NCBI GenBank assembly: GCA_013695765.1
Contig: JACCZW010000062.1
Coordinates: 6,665-70,664, forward strand
Reading direction: 5' to 3'
Source: Gammaproteobacteria bacterium
GTDB lineage: Bacteria; Pseudomonadota; Gammaproteobacteria; JACCYU01
Length of the DNA stretch: 64,000 bases
Shown: one piece after another, positions 11,024-20,900 of the stretch
Position numbering within the stretch: the first letter of the stretch is position 1
Layout of the letters: every line of letters starts with the position of its first letter
The notes under the pieces: model-generated
Told to the model about the DNA's origin: nothing
What the model saw: only the letters and a program-made list of their open reading frames with translations
The model's database searches: none
Program-made: the position numbers and the translations under genes

Positions 11024-11848
11024 TTATGGCGGCGTTTCTTGCAGGAACAATGTGGGATCGACGGGCGTGCCGTTCAGATAAACGCCCCAGTGCAGATGCG
11101 GGCCGGTGACGCGCCCGGTCTGGCCGATGGTCCCGATGACTTCGCCCTGGTCCACGTGCTGGCCCTTCTCGACCTTGATTTCGGTCATATGCGCGTACAT
11201 GGTGGTGAGGCCCTGCCCGTGGCCCAGGTACACGACGTTGCCGCTGAAAAAGAACTCGCCCGTATGCATCACGGTCGCGCCCGCCGGCGCCCGGATCGGC
11301 GTGCCCTTGGCGGCGGCGATGTCCAGGCCGCTATGCGGGCTGCGCGGCTGATTGTTGTAAAACCGACGCAAGCCGTACACGCTGCTGATCGGCCCCTCGA
11401 CCGGGCGCGAAAATGCAAAATCGGGCGGCTGTGGCGTCCAGGTTGCCAGCACTTCCTCAGTAATGGCCATTTCCTTGTAAATGCGATCCAGATCCTCGGC
11501 CAGAGGCTCGACTTTACGTTCATCGGTAATCGTAAGGTACTGAGTTTTGTAATCTTTAGGCCCGACCGTAAAGCTCTGGCGCGCGTGCACGTCGTCCGGC
11601 CATTGCATATCCAGCCATTGTTCGCCAGGCTGCGTATCGAGCGGTACGCCGACCACCGCGATTAACTCTTCACCGTCTTCGACCACGGCGACGCGCCCGT
11701 CAGCAAAGCTCATCTCAGGCAGCGCGCCGTCGCGCGCCTCGACCCGTTCCAGCGCGACGCCGCCCGGCACGTTGAGCGCTTCTGGCAGGTTCGCGGCCGG
11801 TAAAGTAAATGGAATGACCAGCAGGGATAACAGTAGTACGTGGCGCAT
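11024..11848 (-). CDS. M23 family metallo-endopeptidase (peptidoglycan DD-endopeptidase-like)
   Basis: Signal peptide, HxxxD and HxH zinc-ligand motifs (SPHSGLDIAA ... GPHLHWGVY). Start taken at MRHVLLL. Confidence 0.85.
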   Translation of the reverse strand: MRHVLLLSLLVIPFTLPAANLPEALNVPGGVALERVEARDGALPEMSFADGRVAVVEDGEELIAVVGVPLDTQPGEQWLDMQWPDDVHARQSFTVGPKDYKTQYLTITDERKVEPLAEDLDRIYKEMAITEEVLATWTPQPPDFAFSRPVEGPISSVYGLRRFYNNQPRSPHSGLDIAAAKGTPIRAPAGATVMHTGEFFFSGNVVYLGHGQGLTTMYAHMTEIKVEKGQHVDQGEVIGTIGQTGRVTGPHLHWGVYLNGTPVDPTLFLQETPP

Positions 11849-11952
11849 GAGGATGTACATGAGAGTCTATAAGGGTTGATGTTTCAGCTTCGCCGCCTGG
11901 AGCAGTTCGCGCAGGGGCGTTGATGTTTTGCATGGAATGCTAACATAAGCGC

Positions 11953-13197
11953 ATGTCTTCGTACCCCGCGCCCGGCGCCAGCGTGGCGCTAAGAATGCGC
12001 CACATCCGTCCCTTTCACGTGATGCAGTTGCTGGCGCGCGCGCAGGCGCTGGAGGCGGCGGGCAAATCTATCATCCACATGGAGATCGGCGAGCCGGATT
12101 TCCCCACCGCCCGGCCTATCGTCCAAGCCGGCGTGCGGGCGCTGCACAACGGTCACACGCACTACACGCCGGCCGCCGGCCTGCCTGCGTTGCGCGAGGC
12201 GGTCGCGCGATTCTACAAGCAGCGTTATGGATGCGATATCGCGCCACAGCGCGTGGTAATTACCACCGGCGCATCGGCGGCGTTGCAATTAATCTGCGGT
12301 GTGCTGATAGATCCCGGCGCTCGGGTGCTCATGACCGATCCCGGTTATCCCTGCAATGCCAACTTCGTGCGCCTGTTTGGCGGCGAACCAGTTTGCATCC
12401 CCGTCGATGCGGCTAGCGATTACCAGTTGAACACGTCCTTGCTACGAAAACACTGGGGCAGGGCGGTGGCCGGCGCATGGCTGGGATCGCCTTCGAATCC
12501 GACCGGCACCTTGATCGCCGAGCCCGAGTTGCGCGCGATGATCGATTACTGCCGTGAGAAAAGCGGCTTCGTGATCGTCGACGAGATCTACCACGGGCTG
12601 ACCTACGAAACGTCGCCCGTGAGCGCGGCCGCGATAACGGATGACGTGTTTGTCATCAACAGCTTCTCCAAATATTTCGGCATGACCGGTTGGCGCCTGG
12701 GTTGGCTGATCGCACCCGAACGATTCGTGCCCGAAATCGAGAAACTCGCGCAGAATATTTATCTGGCGCCGCCGACACCCGCGCAACACGCCGCGCTCAC
12801 CGCGCTGGAACCCGCCACCATCGATATTCTGGAGAACCACCGTGACGCCTTTAAGCGCCGCCGCGACTTTCTTTTGCCAGCATTGCGCGAACTCGGCTTC
12901 GATATACCGGTGCAACCGCAGGGCGCGTTTTATATTTATGCCAACTGCGCACGCCTGACCGACGACAGCCATGCCTTCACCCTGCGGCTGCTGGAAGATT
13001 ACGGCGTCGCCATCGCCCCCGGTATCGACTTCGGGAGCCATCGCACCGAAGAACACGTGCGCTTCGCGTACACCACTTCGATGAAAAAACTGCAACAGGG
13101 CGTAGCGCGCCTGGCAAAGGCGTTGACGAATTCGCCCAACAACTTTGATGCGCCCGGCGCACAGGCGCCTCTACCTAACGGTCGGCTTGTTAAGTAA
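11953..13197 (+). CDS. Pyridoxal-phosphate-dependent aminotransferase, class I/II
   Basis: Fold-type I aminotransferase blocks (GSPSNPTG, SFSKYFGMTGWRLGW with the PLP lysine). True start may be the internal MRHIRPF (11995). Confidence 0.85.
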   Translation: MSSYPAPGASVALRMRHIRPFHVMQLLARAQALEAAGKSIIHMEIGEPDFPTARPIVQAGVRALHNGHTHYTPAAGLPALREAVARFYKQRYGCDIAPQRVVITTGASAALQLICGVLIDPGARVLMTDPGYPCNANFVRLFGGEPVCIPVDAASDYQLNTSLLRKHWGRAVAGAWLGSPSNPTGTLIAEPELRAMIDYCREKSGFVIVDEIYHGLTYETSPVSAAAITDDVFVINSFSKYFGMTGWRLGWLIAPERFVPEIEKLAQNIYLAPPTPAQHAALTALEPATIDILENHRDAFKRRRDFLLPALRELGFDIPVQPQGAFYIYANCARLTDDSHAFTLRLLEDYGVAIAPGIDFGSHRTEEHVRFAYTTSMKKLQQGVARLAKALTNSPNNFDAPGAQAPLPNGRLVK

Positions 13198-13660
13198 AAT
13201 AATACATCCGTTGTGAACTCGCGTCAGCGCGAATCGGTCTGTAAATACCTTTACGATCTCAGCAAGGGTATTCTGCTGGCGGGCGTGATTAGCTACGTTG
13301 CCGGCGACGCGGCATTATGGGCGCTGCTGCTTGATTTTGCCGTTGCCGCACAGACGTTTTAGATTGCCCACGAGGTGGAGGGTAAACGTGAACGCATACG
13401 AACGGCTTAGTGTGATACTCGCGTCAATTTCGACGCCAGTTTTTTTGTGGTTGTTATGGCATCAAGATCGGCACAAACGCCGATGATCTTTTAAGCCGGC
13501 GCGATCGATGGCGGTAAACTAAAGAACAACCTCGAATCACCGCTCCGGGGCCAAGTATCGCTGCCGCCGCTCCATACGCGCTGCACATGTGTCTTGAAGC
13601 TGATGCCGGCGGCAATCGATTTTGTAGTTCGGTAATCCCTGGCCGACGAGCGGTCGGTGG

Positions 13661-14365
13661 TCAAGCCTTAACGTACTTTGCCAGAAACTCGTCCGTGCGA
13701 CGCCAGGCGAGCTTCGTGGCTTCCGGGTCGTAGTGGTCCGCGAGTTTATGCACGTTAGGATTACCTGGTTTCAATGTTTCATTGCCGAAGCCGTGATGGG
13801 CGTCGTACCAATGAAATTCGTATTTTACCCGCGCGTCTTTGAGTTTTTTCTCGGCCGCGCTCACTTCGTTCGCCGGGAAAAACTCGTCGTGCTCAGCGAA
13901 ATGGCCTTGCAAGGGAATCGCAATCGTGGTCACGTCGGCTGCGTCTTCGGATGGCATGCCGTACCAGCAGACCGCGGCGTCGGCTTCCTTTACATGCACC
14001 GCAGCTAATATCGTCAGCGCGCCGCCCATGCAGAAGCCCATCACGGCGACTTTCGGGCTCGACTCTTTTAAATATTGCACCGCGCCGCGCACGTCCTGCG
14101 TGGCCGCATCGGCGAAATCGAGATCGCCCATCAGATGCTCGGCCTCAGCCTCTTCGGCCGTGACCTTACCCTTGTACAGATCCGGCACCAGCACACGATA
14201 GCCCTGGCTTGCCAAGCGGTCGGCCACACCTTTGATTTGATCGTTGAGGCCCCACCATTCCTGGATCACCACCACGCCGGGCGCGTGCTCGCCAGCGCCC
14301 GCTTCGACGTAGTAACCCGCGGTCTGCTTGCCGTCCGGCCGCTCGAATGTAATCTTCTTGCTCAT
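13661..14365 (-). CDS. Dienelactone hydrolase family protein (carboxymethylenebutenolidase-like)
   Basis: alpha/beta-hydrolase with GFCMGG nucleophile elbow. Start at MSKKITF supported by an upstream GAGGAG. Confidence 0.85.
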   Translation of the reverse strand: MSKKITFERPDGKQTAGYYVEAGAGEHAPGVVVIQEWWGLNDQIKGVADRLASQGYRVLVPDLYKGKVTAEEAEAEHLMGDLDFADAATQDVRGAVQYLKESSPKVAVMGFCMGGALTILAAVHVKEADAAVCWYGMPSEDAADVTTIAIPLQGHFAEHDEFFPANEVSAAEKKLKDARVKYEFHWYDAHHGFGNETLKPGNPNVHKLADHYDPEATKLAWRRTDEFLAKYVKA

Positions 14366-14551
14366 GGGTCGCTCCTCGTCATGGTGTGGATTTGTTTGAC
14401 TAAGGCGATGGCAGCAATGCGCGTGCCAATCGGCCAGGCATAATGGATGAACCATGTGGGTTATACCGGTGACGAAGGTGCGAGAAAAGTCTGACGAATC
14501 ACCGTTTCAGAATACGCGAGAGATTAAGTACCTAACGTCAAAAGCTATTCT

Positions 14552-15196
14552 ATGAGTGATCATCTTTACCCGAATCTCGACATGTTTGCTGATGCTGGTG
14601 CCACCCCGTCGGGACATGCGTTCAAACGCGTCGAGATGCCGGATGCCGACGTTATTCTTTTCAAATGCTTTTTTGATGTATCCACGGGCGACGCCTATTT
14701 CAAAGAACTAAATGAAAATGCGGCCTGGAAGCAAGAAAAGATCAAGCTGTACGGGCGGCGCATTGATTTACCCCGACTAACTGCCTGGTATGGCGATAAA
14801 GGCAAGTCGTACAGGTATTCGGGCATTACTGTCAGCCCGGAGCCTTGGACGCCGATTTTGCTAGCTATTAAGCAAGCGATTGAAGCCGTGAGTGGAATAC
14901 GGTTCAACAGCGTGCTTTTGAACAAGTATCGGACCGAGCGCGACAGCGTTGCGTGGCACAGCGATGATGAGCTCGAGTTGGGACGAAACCCCGTCATCGG
15001 CTCGGTCAGCTTTGGAGAAGCCCGCGCCTTTCAGTTCAAACACAAGACGAGAGGTTTACGTGAACAAATCATCTTGTCGCACGGAAGCTATCTGATTATG
15101 CGGGGAACCACCCAACATCATTGGTTGCATCAAATCCCCAAACAAACCGCGTTACGCGGTGCAAGGATTAATCTGACGTTCAGGGTAATACAGTGA
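14552..15196 (+). CDS. alkB: AlkB-family Fe(II)/2-oxoglutarate-dependent dioxygenase (alkylated DNA/RNA repair)
   Basis: 2OG-oxygenase HxD...H...R core (WHSDDE, HHWLH, RINLTFR). About 50% GC against a ~65% background. Confidence 0.85.
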   Translation: MSDHLYPNLDMFADAGATPSGHAFKRVEMPDADVILFKCFFDVSTGDAYFKELNENAAWKQEKIKLYGRRIDLPRLTAWYGDKGKSYRYSGITVSPEPWTPILLAIKQAIEAVSGIRFNSVLLNKYRTERDSVAWHSDDELELGRNPVIGSVSFGEARAFQFKHKTRGLREQIILSHGSYLIMRGTTQHHWLHQIPKQTALRGARINLTFRVIQ

Positions 15197-15224
15197 TTTC
15201 AGGAAAAATGAATTAGGGAGGAAT

Positions 15225-15308
15225 ATGTACGACGCTATTCTTGAGGGGTTGTATTTATTAAACGCATGTTCTACTGAAGCAAATAAGCGTGCTATCTGGA
15301 GGGACTGA
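15225..15308 (+). CDS. Hypothetical 27-aa small protein (MYDAILEGLYLLNACSTEANKRAIWRD)
   Basis: Strong Shine-Dalgarno AGGGAGGA 5 nt upstream of the ATG, inside the low-GC island. No homology assessable. Confidence 0.2.
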   Translation: MYDAILEGLYLLNACSTEANKRAIWRD

Positions 15309-15369
15309 AACTAGCCGCCGCGGCATTATGGCGAACTTACCAAAATCAGCAAGTAAACGCTGCTTATTA

Positions 15370-15560
15370 CGCGCGGGATACACTGCGGCGGTCGCGCAAA
15401 GCCAGGGTCATGATTGCTCATAAGCGCGTAAGTACAATCCAGCGCCAGCATCCACGCGCTGAAGGTTGTCTTGGCAACGGCGCGATTACATTCAATTCGC
15501 GCCAGAGTGGCGAAGAGTGGATTAACCGGCCAGGCGGATCACGCAGTTAAGCCTTGAGAT
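15370..15560 (-). pseudogene. Degraded remnant of a cysZ-like sulfate transporter gene
   Basis: About 140-190 bp with roughly 80-85% nucleotide identity to nt 16850-16990 of the intact cysZ in the same orientation (aagccagg(g)tcatgattgc...ccagcgccagcatccac(a/g)cgctgaa...acattcaat). It translates to ...AWMLALDCTYALMSNHD... with a frameshift. Confidence 0.5.
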
Positions 15561-15682
15561 TGCATCCACCCACGTCTCACGCCGTTTTTTGATGTATCGA
15601 GCGTTTTTCATACGACTTACTTCCGGACATCAGCTTAATTACTGGCCGATACGCGCCGTGGTTCATGCGCGGCGGACTCAAA

Positions 15683-16438
15683 CTAGTAACCGAACAGTTC
15701 TATGTCTTTTCGATACGCTCGCGCGACAATTTCCCGCGTCTCTTCAGTGTAGTAATGGCTGTAGCCGAGCCGCTTGGACTTGTTCAGGTGGTTCATATCC
15801 GTGCCGATATTACCCAGCTTTTGCCGCACCTGCGTGTAATCGACGGCCCGATTTTCATGGTAGCCCACGAAATCGACCGCCAGCGTGCCCGCCTCATCGC
15901 ATAAATACTCATGTTGCGGTACCAGGATTTGGTGCTCATAGATCGATTCCGGGGTGATAAAGCCGCTCACAAATGACTCGAAATCCTGATACTGGCTTAA
16001 GTGCTTGGCTCCCCAGCGCTGAAACTGGGCTTTGATGCAGCCGTTTCGGTGGAAGTGATAAATCGAAACCAGGCGGTCCCACGGGTTACGCACGAAAATA
16101 AACTTGAAATAGTCTTTGAAGGCGCGCTCACCAAAGATCTGCTTGTATTCGGCGACGGTGCAATCTCTGCCCGTGCATGAGCCAAACAGGGATGTGCTGA
16201 TCGACTGGCCGCCCGTCTTCGGCACGTGCACATAGATACAGCGATGCCGATCGAATGGCCTCAGCGTTCGCACATTTTTTCCGTGGATGTCCTGCTGGAT
16301 GCTATGGCTGAAGGTACGGAGTTCTTGCCAATAACGTATGGTATCGCCGTTCATACTTTTCAGGCGGGCGATTCGGTATCCCCGGTAGCATTCTTTGGCC
16401 ACCAGCTTAGCGTATTTCAGCGAAAATCGATTGATCAT
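15683..16438 (-). CDS. Sulfotransferase family protein (PAPS-dependent)
   Basis: 5'-PSB motif IYVHVPKTGGQS and 3'-PB motif FVRNPWDRLVSIY. About 50% GC. Start at MINRFSLKY; the first 79 codons of the listed ORF are GC-driven extension. Confidence 0.8.
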   Translation of the reverse strand: MINRFSLKYAKLVAKECYRGYRIARLKSMNGDTIRYWQELRTFSHSIQQDIHGKNVRTLRPFDRHRCIYVHVPKTGGQSISTSLFGSCTGRDCTVAEYKQIFGERAFKDYFKFIFVRNPWDRLVSIYHFHRNGCIKAQFQRWGAKHLSQYQDFESFVSGFITPESIYEHQILVPQHEYLCDEAGTLAVDFVGYHENRAVDYTQVRQKLGNIGTDMNHLNKSKRLGYSHYYTEETREIVARAYRKDIELFGY

Positions 16439-16676
16439 GCGTTCCTCGTCTATGGTTGTTGACCAACGGTGTAGCGAACTACAGCGAGGTGGCGTCGCCC
16501 TTTTGAACACGCATAACGCTAAACCAGTAAAAACCGGCGTGTGACATAACCCTCCCCTTGTAGTAGTCCCCTCTTTTCCCGGGCCTATACCTTGACGCCG
16601 ATCGTTTGTCAACCTCAGTTGGCTGCAATGAATCGCCGCGAGGGCCTCCGTCAAAAGCTGGCCACCCAGTCGCAAT

Positions 16677-17444
16677 CTATTGATTGAACCGATTCCGGGC
16701 CTCGCGGATGGCGCCGGCGCCCGCGTCGCCGCGCAGCCGCTCTACCCACATCGCGGTGGCGCCCGCCACGCCCACCGGCATCGCGAAGAAATTCAGCACA
16801 GGAACACTGGTCATCAACAGCACCGCGCTGCCGAAACCCAGCGCCAGCGGTTTGTTTTGACCCAGCAGTCTGCGGCCATCGCGGAAAGCCAGGTCATGAT
16901 TGCCCATGGGCGCGTCGGCATACTCCAGCGCCAGCATCCACACGCTGAACACCAGCCACGCAAACGGTGCGAATACATTCAATCCGGGGATCAGGAACAG
17001 GATCAGCAGCGGGACGGTGCGAACGACGAGATAGCGAAGCTTGCGCAGCTCGTTGACAACGGCGGTGATGCCTGCCCGAAAAATGTGGCTCCAGCTCTGC
17101 GCGGGCAACGTCTGGCCGGTCAGTCGCGCCTCCAGCTTTTCCGCCAGCAGCCCGTTGAACGGCGCGCTCACGAGATTGGCGATTAAGGTAAATGTGTAGA
17201 ACACGACCAGCAGCGCGGTTACCGCGAACAGCGGCCACAGCATCCAGCGCGCCCACTCCAGCCATGCGGGCAACAGCCAGTCGAGGAACGCTTCGAACCG
17301 GCTGGCGCCGAACCAGATGGCGCCGCCGAATAACGTAAAGTTGATCAGCAACGGAATGATCACGTAGCGGCGGATGCCACGCTCCGTAATCAGACCGAAA
17401 CCGCGCGTCACGTAGCGTGCGCCGCTGGTGAATTGGCCGATCAT
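16677..17444 (-). CDS. cysZ: Sulfate transporter CysZ
   Basis: Four-TM CysZ-family topology and conserved blocks (GLITERGIRRYVIIPLLINF..., EYADAPMGNH). Confidence 0.85.
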   Translation of the reverse strand: MIGQFTSGARYVTRGFGLITERGIRRYVIIPLLINFTLFGGAIWFGASRFEAFLDWLLPAWLEWARWMLWPLFAVTALLVVFYTFTLIANLVSAPFNGLLAEKLEARLTGQTLPAQSWSHIFRAGITAVVNELRKLRYLVVRTVPLLILFLIPGLNVFAPFAWLVFSVWMLALEYADAPMGNHDLAFRDGRRLLGQNKPLALGFGSAVLLMTSVPVLNFFAMPVGVAGATAMWVERLRGDAGAGAIREARNRFNQ

Positions 17445-17496
17445 GTTTACGTTTTTCCTGGGTTTGTCTTGGTAGCGCCGCCGCGCGCCAGGTACG

Positions 17497-17886
17497 TTAC
17501 GGCAATTCGACCCTGGGCGGCGCTTCCCACTCCGGCTTGCGATGCTCGACGATTACGCTGGTATAGATTCCGCCGCGCACGTTGAAATCCGCGGTGATGC
17601 GCATGAAGCGCGGCGCGATGGCGGCCACCAGATCGGCCAGAATTTGGTTGGTCACGGCTTCGTGGAACGCGCCCACGTCGCGGTAGGACCACACGTAAGC
17701 TTTAAGCGCCTTGAGCTCTACGCAGCGCTGATCCGGGACGTATTCGATCAGCATCTCCGCGAAATCGGGTTGTCCCGTCTTGGGGCACAGACAGGTGAAT
17801 TCCGGCGCGCGGATACGAATCGTATAATCGCGCGCGGGTTGCGGATTGTCGAAAGTCTCCAGCGTGGTTTGCGGCTGGCCTGGCAT
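17497..17886 (-). CDS. queF: NADPH-dependent 7-cyano-7-deazaguanine reductase QueF (unimodular type)
   Basis: QueF motifs [14 protein letters not shown] and the C-terminal ...IEHRKPEW. Confidence 0.9.
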   Translation of the reverse strand: MPGQPQTTLETFDNPQPARDYTIRIRAPEFTCLCPKTGQPDFAEMLIEYVPDQRCVELKALKAYVWSYRDVGAFHEAVTNQILADLVAAIAPRFMRITADFNVRGGIYTSVIVEHRKPEWEAPPRVELP

Positions 17887-17968
17887 CGTTTACACTCCGG
17901 TCACATAACAGAACTCTGCGTTACAGAGTCGCGAAAATCATTTCGTATTCTACCGAAGGAACGCGTCC

Positions 17969-20900
17969 ATGCGCCTGAGCCGGGTCAAGATGGCGGGATT
18001 CAAATCGTTCGTCGATCCGACGACGATCAGTTTCCCGAGCGACCTGGTGGGCGTGGTAGGTCCGAACGGCTGCGGCAAATCCAATATCATCGACGCCGTG
18101 CGCTGGGTAATGGGCGAAAGCTCGCGGCACCTGCGCGGCGACACCATGGACGACGTGATCTTCAACGGCTCCACCGCGCGCAAGCCCGTGGGGCAGGCGA
18201 CGATCGAACTGGTGTTCGACAATCACGATGGGCAGGCCGGCGGTCAATACGCGCAATACAGCGAGATCGCCCTGCGACGCACGCTCGCGCGCGACGGCCA
18301 GTCCAGATATTTCCTGAATGGCGGCGCCTGCCGGCGACGCGACGTGACCGATATTTTTCTCGGCACGGGACTGGGGCCACGCAGCTACGCGATCATCGAG
18401 CAGGGCATGATCTCGCGTCTGATCGAGGCGCGCCCCGAGGACCTGCGTGTGTATCTCGAAGAGGCTGCGGGCATCTCGAAGTACAAGGAACGCCGCCGCG
18501 AAACGGAACTCCGCATCCGTCACGCACGCGATAACGTCAACCGGCTGAATGACCTTCGTGAGGAAATCGACAAGCAGATCAGCCACCTTCAGCGTCAGGC
18601 GAAAGCGGCGGAGAAGTATCAGGCGCTAAAAAGCGAGGAACGGCGCGCGAAGGCGGCCTTGCTGGCGCTGCGCTGGCGGCGGCAGTCGCGGGACGCCCTG
18701 GATGCAGAAAAGGAAGTCAACGCGCACCAGACCCGGCACGAACAGGCCGTGGCGGAATTGCGCCGCATCGGGGCCGACATCGAGCAGTTGCGCGTGCGCC
18801 ATATCGAAGCCAACAACACCTTCAACGATGTGCAGGGGGATTACTATCGGCTAGGTGGCGATATATCCAGGATCGAACAGTCGATCACGCATCATAAGGA
18901 GTTGAGCGAGCGGCACGCGCTGGAACTCGATCAGGTCCGCCAGGCGTGGGAAACATCGGACGCCGAACTGAATCGCGATCGCGAGCGCTGCGTGCAACTG
19001 GCGCGAGATATCGCCGTCGCCGAACCCGAGTACGCGCGTGGCGAGACGGCGCTTGACGGCCATGCCCGAGTACTCGCCGACGCCGAGCTGGCCATGCAGA
19101 ACTGGCAGAGGCAGTGGGAAGACCTGACTCAACGCAGCCGCGCGCCGGAACAGGCAGCAGAGGTCGAGCGTGCCCGCATGGAGTACCTGGCGCGTCAGCT
19201 CGCGCAGCTCGATCAGCGGCATCAGCGGCTGGCGCGGGAAAACGAACAGATCGATCCGGCCGCGCTGAAAACCGCAATCGAACAACTGCGCGGGCAGGCC
19301 GCGCAGGGCGGCGCGCAGCTGGACGAGCAACAACAAGCGTTGAACGCGGCGCTGGCGGCTATCACGCGGCAGCGGGACCACGACAAAATCTTAAGCCAGC
19401 AGCTCGACGAGATTGCCAAGCGCGCGCAGCAGGCGAGTGGTCGGCTGACCTCCATGGAAGTTCTGCAGGAAGCCGCGCTGGGCAAACAGGCCAGGGGCAA
19501 GCAGGCGCGGGGCGTTGTGGAGTGGCTCAAGACAAACGGTCTGGGGGATGCGCCGCGGCTGGCTCAGTGCGTGCGCGCCGCGCCTGGCTGGGAGCACGCG
19601 CTGGAAACCGTGCTGGGACCCAGTCTCGAAGCGGTGTGTGTGGATACGCTGGAGGCGGCGGCGGCGAGTGTTCAGGAATTACAGGCCGGGCCGCTACACC
19701 TGCTGGCAACGGACGGCAGCGCGAATGACACTCGTGTCGAAACCCGGGCCGAAACCGGGACCTTGCTGAGCCATGTCGATGCCCCCGCCGCACTGGATGA
19801 AATGCTTGCCCGGATTTACGTGGCGGACGATCTGGGACAGGCGTTTACGCGCCGCCAGACTCTCACCGCCGGCCAGTCGGTGGTGACGGCGGATGGCATC
19901 TGGCTGGGTCGCGACTGGCTGCGCGTGACCCGAGGTTCGACCGGACATGATGGCGTGCTCGCGCGCGAGACCGAAATCAAGACATTGCGGAAAGAGCTGG
20001 CGGCGCTCAATGAGTGCGTTGAGGCGCTGCAGACCGAGCGGAGCGCGAGTGAACAACGGTTGCAGACGCTGGAGCAATCGCGTGAGCTCGCGCAGGCGCA
20101 AGCCAATCGTGCGCATCGCGCGCAGATCGAAGCGCACAGTCGGCTCAATCGTGAACAGCAACGGTTGCAGCAATTGAGGTCGCGCGCGGCGCATATCGCG
20201 CGCGAATTGCATGAGATCGACGCACAGGTCAAGCAGGATCAGGCAGAACTCGCGGCCTGCGAGTCGCGCGCCGCGCAGGCCACGTCCGCGATCAAGGTGC
20301 TGGGCCGAGAACGTCAATCGCTAGTCGAGCAGCGCGATGTGCTACAGGCGGCTGTGGCGGGCGCGCGCGAACTCACACGGCAGCAGCAGGAGCAGTCGCA
20401 TCGGCTCGCCTTGCGCCTGGAGGCGATGCGCGCCGCCCAGACCTCGACCAGCGAGGGTCTGGCGCGTCTGCAGGCTCAGCTCCGCGAACAAGCGCAGCGC
20501 CGTGACGCCCTGTGCGCGACTATTGCGAAGACTGAGGAACCTCGGCAGAAACAGGCTAAGGAACTGAAGTTGCTGCTTGCGCAACGTTTGGAAGTCGAGC
20601 AGGCGCTCAATGCGGCGCGCGTTGGCATGCATAATATCGAGACGGCATTGCGCGAACAGGCGGCTCAACGCCTGGCGGCGGAACGTCGCTGCGAGACCTT
20701 GCAAGAGGAACTCGAGGTGCGGCGCATGACCTGGCGCGACTTAAGCGTCCGTTGCCAGAGCATAAACGAGCAGTTTGCCGAAAGCGGATTTCAGCTCGAC
20801 ACCCTGCTAGACGAAATCGACAGCGCTGCCACTATCGAGCCCGCGGTTGAAGCCACGGTTGAACAATGCGAAGCGCAGGTAGAAAATCTCATCCGACGTA

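Noticed and set aside
13421-13447. Hairpin gcgtc-aatttc-gacgc followed by gttttttt, 230 nt downstream of the aminotransferase, as an intrinsic terminator
   Set aside because: The stem is only 5 bp and lies far from any gene end. It may terminate a long 3' UTR or an sRNA, but the evidence is too weak to annotate.
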